A stretch of 64,000 nucleotides of DNA from Candidatus Heimdallarchaeota archaeon (GTDB lineage Archaea; Asgardarchaeota; Heimdallarchaeia; JABLTI01): NCBI GenBank assembly GCA_019056785.1, contig DXJV01000059.1, forward strand, positions 62,297 through 126,296, in the 5' to 3' direction. The notes beneath the pieces are model-generated. The model was not told the DNA's origin. It did not search any database and saw only the letters and a list, made by a program, of their open reading frames with translations. Shown here piece after piece: positions 29,467 to 38,473 of the stretch. The stretch's first letter is position 1, and the number at the start of each line of letters is the position of its first letter. A program made the position numbers and the translations under genes.

Positions 29467-30429
29467 TCACCTTGCTATTTTTTTGATTAAAAAAGGTTCT
29501 AACTCACGAGGTTGATCATTTAGCGAAAAGTTTTGTATGCATGGGAGAAGCTCTTCCAAAAAAACCAAATTAATTTGTTTTAACCCAACCAAATGGCCAA
29601 GGAATTGAAGAGCAGAAATATGCTTCAAAGAGAGTTCTTGTTTTTCACCGCTAAACCATAAATAAACAGCTCCAAACTGGAACACAGGATGCCAACAAAT
29701 ACCTCCAAGAAGGGCAGGTGATAAACCTTCAGCATGTAAAGTATAGACCAATCGTTTTGCCTTGAAAAATTCCTCTTCAAAGGAGGAATGTAACAAAAAC
29801 CATGCTTTGAGAGAGGTTGAATGCCAACCAATAATCAGTCGCCATGTAGCGTTTCTCTTGAGAGGTGCTGGCTGTAAATATGGTTCGAAAGATGGTTTGG
29901 CAATTGTTGGAAGTCGCAGTATGAACCTTTTTTTCCAAATTGAAAAACCATTGCGAAGATAAAATTGTCCGGATGGCCCTGCTAACTCCTCTGGGTACAC
30001 AAGAAGAGAGTCACAACCGTTTCTCCTTGCTGTCTGTTCAACTTTCTCAAGTAATTTACTGGCAATCCCCAGACGCCTTTTCTCCGGCCGGATAAGAAGA
30101 AGGTCAATGTAAGCGTGTTTGCCAGGAATCGCCGCTTCCTCACCATAAAAAGCGCCGATAAAGCCGGCAATAGTGCTATCTTCACGAGCGATAAAAATAT
30201 CATTGGGGTCAAAGGTCTCCTGTTTAGATTCTTGCCAGTAATTTGTTGCAATGGAGAGGTCCATTGTTGGTCCTCCATGAAGCCAACGCTGAAAAGGAGA
30301 AAGCTCGTCGTATGTTGTCTCTTCTTTTTCTGTGAGGGAATGATAAAGAAACCATTTGTCTACAGATGCACGCTCGCAATCAACAAGTCCCGGTAAAGTT
30401 TCTTTGGACAACCGTTCAATTTGTACCAT
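29467..30429 (-). CDS. GNAT family N-acetyltransferase
   Basis: LLIRPEKRRLGIASKLL acetyl-CoA motif; FYLRNGF. Confidence 0.85.
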   Translation of the reverse strand: MVQIERLSKETLPGLVDCERASVDKWFLYHSLTEKEETTYDELSPFQRWLHGGPTMDLSIATNYWQESKQETFDPNDIFIAREDSTIAGFIGAFYGEEAAIPGKHAYIDLLLIRPEKRRLGIASKLLEKVEQTARRNGCDSLLVYPEELAGPSGQFYLRNGFSIWKKRFILRLPTIAKPSFEPYLQPAPLKRNATWRLIIGWHSTSLKAWFLLHSSFEEEFFKAKRLVYTLHAEGLSPALLGGICWHPVFQFGAVYLWFSGEKQELSLKHISALQFLGHLVGLKQINLVFLEELLPCIQNFSLNDQPRELEPFLIKKIAR

Positions 30430-30629
30430 TTGATTAAATTAAGATACGAGCATTAAAAAATTTGCTCTAACAGTAGTAGTGCTTGAGCAAATGACTTGTA
30501 ATTATGAGGGCCGGAGGGATCATCATCCATTTTAAGAAAAAGACTAAGTATTGATAAATTGTAAAGTTGTTTTAGTGAATGGTCGTATTTAATGAGAGCC
30601 TCTAAATCGAATAAAAAGGTGGAAACTGC

Positions 30630-31403
30630 TTGAACAACCAGCCAACTAAATACCAACAATTGAATACAGATGGTGTTTTCGCTCTCCTCAATGGAGAACT
30701 CGAAAAAGCTTCGCGCCTGTTTCAACAAGCAAGAGACCTTCGTGAAGATTGCTTTGAAGCCCTTTGCAATTTGGGGAAAGTAGAACTGCTCAAAGAACAT
30801 TACCATGAAGCAATTGCCTTATTCCAACAATCCCTCGAGATAAATGATTCGTTTATCGAATCTCTTCACAATTTAGGTGTGGCTAATTATCGACTTGGGG
30901 AGCTGGAAAAAGCAATAGAGTTCTATACAAAAGCAGTTACTATTGACCCCAAGTACTTCCAAAGTGCCTTTAATCTCGGAAATTGCTACTATGAAAAAAA
31001 AGAACTACAAAAAGCAATCTATTGGTATCAAAAGGCCATTGAAGCAAATCCCGCATTCTTTGATGCTTTTTTCAACCTGGCTAATGCTTATAGAGAAAAT
31101 AACCAGAATAGCTTGGCAATACAAACCTTTGAGGAGATAGTCAAAAAATGGCCAGATGTTCCGATGGCGTATTACAATCTCGGTTATTCTTACCATCTAG
31201 AGAAGAACTTTCAGAAAGCAATTGAAAACTATCAAAAGGCAATTGCTCTCCGGAAAAATTATTTAAAAGCGATGATAAATCTTGCACTAATTTACGAGGA
31301 GCAAGGCGAGAGGGAAAAAGCCTTAGAACTTTTAAAGCAAGTACAAACAATTGACCCTACAATTGAAGTAATTAACTTCAAAATCGAGCAATTGAAGAAA
31401 TAA
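30630..31403 (+). CDS. Tetratricopeptide repeat protein
   Basis: About 7 tandem 34-aa TPRs (A.xNLG..Y...G....AI..Y.KA...P). Confidence 0.93.
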   Translation: MNNQPTKYQQLNTDGVFALLNGELEKASRLFQQARDLREDCFEALCNLGKVELLKEHYHEAIALFQQSLEINDSFIESLHNLGVANYRLGELEKAIEFYTKAVTIDPKYFQSAFNLGNCYYEKKELQKAIYWYQKAIEANPAFFDAFFNLANAYRENNQNSLAIQTFEEIVKKWPDVPMAYYNLGYSYHLEKNFQKAIENYQKAIALRKNYLKAMINLALIYEEQGEREKALELLKQVQTIDPTIEVINFKIEQLKK

Positions 31404-31723
31404 CTGCTCTGAATTTTCTTGGCAAGTTCGCAGAAAAATCACTTTTTTCGGAAAAAACTGTCTTTTTTGTCGATAGAAATGCTTGCAATATGCTTGTTCT
31501 CGTCGAGAGTTCAAAAGACCATGGAGATTTATATATTTATAAAGAAAATCTTGTGTAGAACCTTTGAAGATGGTTTTACAATTAAAACCTAGATAATAAG
31601 GGTGCAGAAAAATCCAGATTAGAACACCGCCCACTTTTTTATGCACCCTTCTAATTTTTTTCCACCAAAAACAATAAAGACTTGAAAGGGCATTGATAAT
31701 TAAAAAAAAACGAGGAATAGACA

Positions 31724-32386
31724 ATGAAAGTTACTTGGCTTGGACATGCCGGAATAGAAATTGAGGATCAAGGAAAAACCATTTTCATAGATCCTTGGCT
31801 AACAGGTAATCCTGTTGCAACGAAAAAAGTTGATGAGATTAAAAAAGCAGATGCAGTTTTTGTAACTCACGATCACGGAGATCATGGTTATGCTGATGCC
31901 GTGACAATCTGTAAGAACACCGGCGCAACATTTGTAGGCATCTTTGAATTAGCTAATAAAGCTAAAGAGGATGGAGTTGGAAATGTTCTTGGTGGTAATA
32001 TAGGTGGCACTGCTACTGTCGCGGGCATCGAGTTTGTTTTTACAGAAGCACTCCACAGCAGCTCTGTTGGCGCTCCCCTTGGATTTGTTATTAAACTCCC
32101 CTCAATGACTGTCTATCACGCTGGCGATACTGGACTTTTTATGGGGATGAAACTTCTTGGCGAGCTGTATGATGTTGATTTGGCTTTTCTACCCATAGGT
32201 TCACTCTTTACAATGGGGCCGAAAGAAGCAGCAAAAGCACTTGAGTTATTAAGTTGCCAAAAGGTCATTCCTATACATTACAAAACCTTCCCGGTTTTAA
32301 CGAAAAGTGCTGAAGAGTTTAGTGAAATCGTTGGACCAATGATCGATGTCATTGCTCTCGAACCCGGCGACTCGAAAGAATTTTAA
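31724..32386 (+). CDS. Metal-dependent hydrolase, metallo-beta-lactamase fold (UPF0173-like)
   Basis: WLGHA, IDPWL.GNP, THDHGDH, YHAGDTG, LPIG..FTMGP.EA, PIHY.TFP. Confidence 0.92.
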   Translation: MKVTWLGHAGIEIEDQGKTIFIDPWLTGNPVATKKVDEIKKADAVFVTHDHGDHGYADAVTICKNTGATFVGIFELANKAKEDGVGNVLGGNIGGTATVAGIEFVFTEALHSSSVGAPLGFVIKLPSMTVYHAGDTGLFMGMKLLGELYDVDLAFLPIGSLFTMGPKEAAKALELLSCQKVIPIHYKTFPVLTKSAEEFSEIVGPMIDVIALEPGDSKEF

Positions 32387-32513
32387 TCCCTTTTTCTTTT
32401 TTCTTCTATTAATAAAAAGAGTTAGGAAAGGGAAGAATTAAAAAGGGTTGAGTTTGTAAGCTACACATCATTCACAGAAAAAATCTTCGCTAAAACTAAT
32501 TGAGGACTTAAAA

Positions 32514-33755
32514 TTGAAATGTTGTTATCATCCTGATCAAGAAGCCGAGGGCGCTTGTGTTCAATGCAATGCTCCTCTTTGCAAAACTTGCATGACAGAT
32601 GCCGAATTAAACGAAGGCCTCTGCCAAGTTTGCCTTCGCCAGAAAAAATTCATTCGGATTTATAGTTTCTTCCGACTTTTCTCCTGTTCGTTGGGAGCAG
32701 GGTGGTTAATTCTTGCGTTCATTATTTTTGACACTTCCCAAGGTTGGTCGAAACCATTCACTTACGGTCTTTTGGGCCTTTTTGGTTCGTTTGTTATTAA
32801 TATGCTGGGCCTTTTTGTTGTTAATTGGCTTTTACTTGGCAACTTAAATCCTGAGCAAAAGCTCTTCGTTGCACTTTCTCGTTATTCAGTGACAGGACAA
32901 AAGACTTTTCTCACACAAGCAGTTCGTGCAATGAAAAAGATTGATAATCTCGATAATTATCGTAATGCACTGTTTGATCAAATTATTGCTATTCTTATAT
33001 TGCAGCCCTACGATCTCCCAATGGACTGGGTTGCCTATCTTAGTGAAACATTCAAAATGACAGAAGAGGACCTCCTTTCTGGTTTACTAGAATTTGGTCA
33101 TGAGGTTTTCCTAAAAAATATCTTCGAAAACCATCATTATCAAGCAATAGAGCCTTACATCGAAATTTTAAACCGGACTGAGCAAACGAAGTTATATAAT
33201 GAATTAATCGATAAAATCATGGCGCGATTAGAGACAGCCGACTTGAAAGCCATCAAACGGTCACAACCCATTCAATTTGAAGGGATGGCACAACCACAAC
33301 AACCACTTAGACGAGAACCGCCTTCAGTGCTAAAAGACAAAGCATTTCTCACAGAATTAAAGCTTATAGATGAAGAGCTAAAGGAGTTCTTAATAAAGGA
33401 AAAACGAGATGGTGATTGGGAGAAAATCTCGGAGACCATTGATCAATTTGAGCTTCCAAAAGTGCCTAAGAATACTTTCGAAGCTGCACGCTCTCTTGCA
33501 ACACAACAAGTTTCTCAGCGACAAGCAGTCCCCACACCTCTCCCAGAAGAATTAGAACAAGTCAAAGCTGATCCCTCTAAAACCAGACTTTGTGCGGAGT
33601 GTGGCGCAAGTTTTTCAAAAGAACAATTGAAAAAATATGAATACAAAGGCATCAGCGTTAATGTTTGTTCTCATTGCTTTACTATCCTTGAAGAAGAAGG
33701 GCATCGCGAACCCAAACAATTAGCGAAACTTCGAGGAACAGATGCAGAAGGGTGA
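32514..33755 (+). CDS. B-box-type zinc finger membrane protein with C-terminal CxxC...CxxC finger
   Basis: CCYHPDQEAEGACVQCNAPLCKTC...CQVC, two TM helices, helical domain, CAECG...VCSHC. Confidence 0.75.
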   Translation: MKCCYHPDQEAEGACVQCNAPLCKTCMTDAELNEGLCQVCLRQKKFIRIYSFFRLFSCSLGAGWLILAFIIFDTSQGWSKPFTYGLLGLFGSFVINMLGLFVVNWLLLGNLNPEQKLFVALSRYSVTGQKTFLTQAVRAMKKIDNLDNYRNALFDQIIAILILQPYDLPMDWVAYLSETFKMTEEDLLSGLLEFGHEVFLKNIFENHHYQAIEPYIEILNRTEQTKLYNELIDKIMARLETADLKAIKRSQPIQFEGMAQPQQPLRREPPSVLKDKAFLTELKLIDEELKEFLIKEKRDGDWEKISETIDQFELPKVPKNTFEAARSLATQQVSQRQAVPTPLPEELEQVKADPSKTRLCAECGASFSKEQLKKYEYKGISVNVCSHCFTILEEEGHREPKQLAKLRGTDAEG

Positions 33756-33848
33756 TTGAATTAGAAGCAATCTTTCTCTTCTAATTTTTCTTTTTCATCG
33801 AAATTCTCTTATCTTACTTTCCATCTTTTTAATGTTAGGTGAAAATGT

Positions 33849-34802
33849 TTGCGCCCGCCTTGTGAAATAATTGTCCAAGAACTTTTGCCTTTACTCCGGG
33901 GGTTAATTGCTTTTGAATTAACCCAAAAAATGACACAACAAGAAGCAGCAGAACGTATGGGTGTTAGTCAACCGACAATTAGCACCTATTTAAAATCACT
34001 AGCAAGGGCACAAGAAGCAGGCGAAGAGGAATTTTTAGACAATCCCTCAGTTCAGCAATTGGTTTCTACTCTCCTTCAGCAGATCGAGCAAAAGGCTTCT
34101 GCGGAAGATCTGATTCAATCGGTTTGTTCGACTTGTGTCTCTTTGCGTATTGGCGGGCTTACTTGTCGCAAACATTATGAACTGTTCCCTGCGCTTTCTC
34201 AGGGCTGTAAAGCCTGTTTGCCGGCGATCGAGAAGGATTTTACCCAGGCGCGTCAAAAAGTTCTTTCTGAATTGGCCGAAGCAGTGGCATTAATTGAGGC
34301 AGAACCTTCCTTTGTAAAATTAGTGCCTGAAGTTTTGCTTAATATTTGCTTGGCTCTCCCTTCACCTAAGACAATAGATGATGTTGCTGCAATTCCTGGC
34401 CGTATCACAAAAATCCGGGGATTGACAAAAGCATTGCTCCCACCGGAGTTTGGAGTTTCGCAACATCTAGCAAAACTCCTCCTCGCCATTAACCACTTTA
34501 GGAATGATGTCTTAAGTATCATTGCAATAAAATTCAACCCTGAAATAAAAGCGATCATTGAGGTAATGGGTATTCCATCGATTGAACGGGCGAATAGCTT
34601 TTTTGAAGCCCTTCTTGAAGGCTCGGCTGTTGAGAAACAAATAGAACAAGAACTGCTTAACTTCTTAACGCATGCCTCTGCAAACAAACCTTTTGTTATT
34701 TTCAATACCGGTGCAGTGGGTATTGAACCTATTGCTTATTGCTTCTCTCATTCTGCTGTCTTACTCGCGCAGTTTTGTAGCAAAATTGCCAAAAAACTCT
34801 GA
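33849..34802 (+). CDS. ThiR-like regulator: XRE-type HTH plus ThiN (thiamine-phosphate synthase-like) domain
   Basis: MRPPCE...TQQEAAERMGVSQPTISTYL; LVPEV..N...DVAAIPGRI...PEFGVSQHLA; G.EP. Confidence 0.85.
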   Translation: MRPPCEIIVQELLPLLRGLIAFELTQKMTQQEAAERMGVSQPTISTYLKSLARAQEAGEEEFLDNPSVQQLVSTLLQQIEQKASAEDLIQSVCSTCVSLRIGGLTCRKHYELFPALSQGCKACLPAIEKDFTQARQKVLSELAEAVALIEAEPSFVKLVPEVLLNICLALPSPKTIDDVAAIPGRITKIRGLTKALLPPEFGVSQHLAKLLLAINHFRNDVLSIIAIKFNPEIKAIIEVMGIPSIERANSFFEALLEGSAVEKQIEQELLNFLTHASANKPFVIFNTGAVGIEPIAYCFSHSAVLLAQFCSKIAKKL

Positions 34803-34913
34803 AAAGGATTTGCTGTACTTCTAAGACTCTTTTTTAAATAAAATCGAAAATAGATGTGGCAAAAACATTTTTCAATTTAAAACTAACATTTTATTGTTAG
34901 CTATAAATAAATA

Positions 34914-37880
34914 GTGTGTGAGTTAATTATGAGACGTGGAAGAATCCTCTCATTAGGTTTATTAGCTCTCTTTCTTTTAGGAGCATTAACTCCTTTTGTA
35001 CTTACTAAAGCAACGATTCCTGAAAGTGAAGAGAGTGACACAATCATTTTCCGTCAGCAAATTGTAGATGCAAACGGAGATAAGATTGAAGATAAACTAA
35101 TGAGAACAATTGAAAACCAAGATGATTACGTTGTGGATGTGGTTTTGACCTTTAACCACAAAATCACCGATTATGACCTCACCAAATTGGCACGAGCTGG
35201 CGTTACCGTTTCAAAGGAAATTTGGAGCATGGGGCATAAGGTCAAGGTTTCAACAACAATAAATAATATTGAAACCTTAGCAAACTATCCAGATATTGAA
35301 CTTGTTTCTTCAGCAGAAATTCGTTATATTATGGTGGCAATCGATGGTGATGACTACTCAGATCTCGCGGCACTTGAGAAATACGATGCTGAGATCTTCT
35401 GGGGAGTGGGTTGTGCACTTGTTCGCTATTACTCAGGCATAGAAGATGATATCAAACTTTTGGGTGATTATACTGCCATCCAAGATACTACTGATATCCG
35501 ATTTACAACACAAGTACTAGAACCCGAAGAAACAGAAGTCACAATAAATACTCTGCATACTGCGCAAACAATTAATGCAACAGGGATGTGGGATTTGGGC
35601 TTTGATGGTTCAGGGATAAAGGTGGGGGTAATTGATTCTGGTATAAATCAAAATCATGTCGACTTTAGTGGGCGTGTAATAAATGTTCAAAGCTTCATCA
35701 AAGTTGAATATGGATACGATGAAGATGACACAACCCCCGATGATGTGGATGATCACGGTCACGGAACGCATGTTTCCGGAACAATCGCAGGTGATGGAAC
35801 TGCAAATTCCAACTACATCGGAATGGCACCTCAAGCATTAATTTATATGGCAAAAGTAGGCTCGACTGCAACTCTTCAAGCAATAATTGCAGCTCTTGAT
35901 TGGTTAGTGAACACCATTAAAGTTAAGACAATTAATTTTAGTATGGGTGCTACTGACACACCTGGAGAGACAATCTCAGAAATTGCTTGGAAGAATGCCA
36001 TTCGAAATAAAAAAGTCGTTTGTGTTACTTCTGCAGGAAATGAAGGAGATAATGGCTATTACACAATGGGCGCTCCAGCAGCTTTAGCAGATATCATTGC
36101 AGTTGGTGCAGCAGATGACACTAGTTCACCTGTTTCTTTTGCTTATTTCACTTCTCGGGGACCAACAGCTGATGATCAAGTAAAACCCGATGTTCTCGCA
36201 CCTGGTTATGCGATTTGGGCACCAGCACATGATAGTAATACTGGTTATAGAGAATTGTATGGTACTTCAATGGCTTCACCACACGTCACTGGTGCTGTTG
36301 CTTTATTAATCGAGGCATGTCAAAGCTCAGGGATTGCATATAATCCTGGACTGATTAAAGCAGCATTAATGAAAACAGCTGAGTCTATCAATGTCGACAT
36401 TTTAACCCAAGGTCGTGGTGTTATCAATGTCGGAAAAGCTTGGACATATATTTTGCATGCTCCTACAGTTGACTCTTATCGACTTGTTGGCACTTCCATT
36501 CCTACCGTTGAACCTCTCTTCTGGTGGGAGGACCTTCTCCAAGGACAAGTGACAGAGCAATACCTTACATTTGTTTCACCTTACAAAGTTAATCTTTCAA
36601 TAGAAATTACTGGCGCAGCTGCAAGCTTTATTACATCAGAAGTTATTCGAACCCATTGGTCCACAGTCTATAAAGTGACTTTTAGCATCCCCTTAGATAC
36701 TACTGTGGGTCACTACACAGGAAGTATTGACTTTAAATATAATGATTATGTCTTGGAAACCATCTCTATCGATTTCAATGTTGTCGCAAGTAATGGTAAA
36801 CGAATGCTCTTGAATTACGGAACTACAGATTGGGGTATAGACCATATGTATGGCCAATACCGCCATTTTAGTGCAGACATTTTAGATAACAAATACGTTA
36901 TAAGCGAGCAAAAAACATCCTTAGACTCCGGCATTTTGGATAATTATGAAGCAGTCTGGTTGCCTGATCCCTTTTCATTAGACTTCCCAAATGCTTATCA
37001 AGGAGATTACAATGCTACGACTCCAACTGCTTGGACTGAAAGCGAACGAACTGCTTTAACACAGTTTGTTTCAAATGGCGGAACCGTTTTCATCTGTTTC
37101 CTTGGACCAAACGAAGAAGATATAGAAGGATTCGGTACAATTGTTACAGGGACAAATGTTTCCACTATCAATGAATGGACAATGCAATATGGCATTGAAG
37201 CTCGTCATACCTATTTCACCAAACCAACACCAATTATTGTTCATCCAAATGGAAGTCATCCAATAACATATGGTGTCACAGGTGTTGATCACTATGGAAC
37301 ATCCTTGAAAATCTCTGGCGATGCGGTTAATGTTGTTAAAGTGGCTGAAGGGTCAAACTATGCTACTTTGGCGGTTTATCAGCATCCTAATGGTGGACGT
37401 GTCATTGTCTGGACAACCAATTTTGCTCTTGATAGTGAAGGGTACAAAAACAAATACAATGGTATCCTTACACAAAATGATGTCCTCGGTCGGAACCTAG
37501 TCCGGTGGGCATTAGCAAAACACCGAATACAAAGAACTAACATTACAGTTGAAAAGAAAACTGTAACTCTTACCTATAAATATCTCAGCGGTCCTGGCGC
37601 AGACTTTAGCGGCAAAGTGAGTTTCCCAGATGGTTCTGAAGAAAGCCTTACCTTCACTGATATCGGTAATGACCTTTGGCAAACACAATTCGAAGCCGGA
37701 AAAGAAGGACTCTATGACATTCTAGTCGAATGTGGCCCCTCTGGCACAGACGATTTTGATTATTACCAATTCAATTTCGCCAAATCCGGTGGTATTGGTA
37801 TCAGTCCAATTGTCGTTGTTTTACTCACCAGTTTTGGTTTAGCAGCTTGGTATCTTGTTCAAAGATTCCGACGAAAATAA
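34914..37880 (+). CDS. Secreted, membrane-anchored subtilisin-like serine protease (S8)
   Basis: Catalytic triad motifs VIDSG, HGTHVSG, GTSMASPHVTG and oxyanion SAGNEG; signal peptide, C-terminal accessory domains, TM plus RRK tail. Confidence 0.95.
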   Translation: MCELIMRRGRILSLGLLALFLLGALTPFVLTKATIPESEESDTIIFRQQIVDANGDKIEDKLMRTIENQDDYVVDVVLTFNHKITDYDLTKLARAGVTVSKEIWSMGHKVKVSTTINNIETLANYPDIELVSSAEIRYIMVAIDGDDYSDLAALEKYDAEIFWGVGCALVRYYSGIEDDIKLLGDYTAIQDTTDIRFTTQVLEPEETEVTINTLHTAQTINATGMWDLGFDGSGIKVGVIDSGINQNHVDFSGRVINVQSFIKVEYGYDEDDTTPDDVDDHGHGTHVSGTIAGDGTANSNYIGMAPQALIYMAKVGSTATLQAIIAALDWLVNTIKVKTINFSMGATDTPGETISEIAWKNAIRNKKVVCVTSAGNEGDNGYYTMGAPAALADIIAVGAADDTSSPVSFAYFTSRGPTADDQVKPDVLAPGYAIWAPAHDSNTGYRELYGTSMASPHVTGAVALLIEACQSSGIAYNPGLIKAALMKTAESINVDILTQGRGVINVGKAWTYILHAPTVDSYRLVGTSIPTVEPLFWWEDLLQGQVTEQYLTFVSPYKVNLSIEITGAAASFITSEVIRTHWSTVYKVTFSIPLDTTVGHYTGSIDFKYNDYVLETISIDFNVVASNGKRMLLNYGTTDWGIDHMYGQYRHFSADILDNKYVISEQKTSLDSGILDNYEAVWLPDPFSLDFPNAYQGDYNATTPTAWTESERTALTQFVSNGGTVFICFLGPNEEDIEGFGTIVTGTNVSTINEWTMQYGIEARHTYFTKPTPIIVHPNGSHPITYGVTGVDHYGTSLKISGDAVNVVKVAEGSNYATLAVYQHPNGGRVIVWTTNFALDSEGYKNKYNGILTQNDVLGRNLVRWALAKHRIQRTNITVEKKTVTLTYKYLSGPGADFSGKVSFPDGSEESLTFTDIGNDLWQTQFEAGKEGLYDILVECGPSGTDDFDYYQFNFAKSGGIGISPIVVVLLTSFGLAAWYLVQRFRRK

Positions 37881-37887
37881 ATTCCAA

Positions 37888-37935
37888 AGTGGCGAAGGCC
37901 TTGTCCTTTGCTCACTGCTCTCTTTTTTTCTCTCT
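37888..37935 (+). terminator. Putative terminator of the S8 protease gene
   Basis: Imperfect hairpin AGTGGCGAAGG...CCTTTGCTCACT followed by a T/C-rich tract just after the stop. Confidence 0.45.
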
Positions 37936-38055
37936 TTTAATTTCCTTTTGCCTTAAAGATAACTTTTATACCCAAACCGTAGAATTTAATAAAATGAATC
38001 TTAACTATCATTAGATAGAAATTTAATCATTTGATGTTAAGAATTAGGAGAAAGA

Positions 38056-38421
38056 TTGATGTCGTTTGAAGCTGAAGCAGCAAGATTACAAAGAGAAGGA
38101 ATTGTTGGTGCACTCGCACTTATTGGTGCTGATGGGCAAGTTTATTGGCAAACACCCAATTGGCAGGTGGATGGTCGGTCAATTATCGAGGCTTGGACGA
38201 AAAAAGCCCCCTGGGTAGTAGTCCAAGGAGTAAAGTATTCTACCATTGATATCACTAACAACAGGTTAATTTGTACTAACGTTCAACAACAGGGACATGT
38301 CATCATTGCGAAAACACCTTTCTGGCAAGGATTTGTAATGGCCTGGTGTTCACCCGCAAACCCAGTAAGGTTAATTTATGTTGATGTTGCAAAACTGGCA
38401 TCAACAGTAAAGCCCGGTTAA
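38056..38421 (+). CDS. Profilin (Asgard type)
   Basis: 121 aa; N-terminal helix, ALALIGADGQVYWQ, VVVQGVKYSTI, LICTN..QGHVIIAK, C-terminal helix. This is the profilin fold pattern (cf. eukaryotic AAI.G.DG..WA and GxKY). AGGAG SD upstream; start is TTG 38056 or ATG 38059. Confidence 0.85.
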   Translation: MMSFEAEAARLQREGIVGALALIGADGQVYWQTPNWQVDGRSIIEAWTKKAPWVVVQGVKYSTIDITNNRLICTNVQQQGHVIIAKTPFWQGFVMAWCSPANPVRLIYVDVAKLASTVKPG

Positions 38422-38473
38422 ACTCGAGGGCTCATACCGCCTTGGCTCTTTCCTCCCTCTCCTTTTTTATTCT

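Noticed and set aside
30453-31724. Minus-strand ORFs 30453-30806 and 31332-31724
   Set aside because: They overlap the TPR gene antisense or span intergenic AT-rich DNA, with non-protein-like composition.
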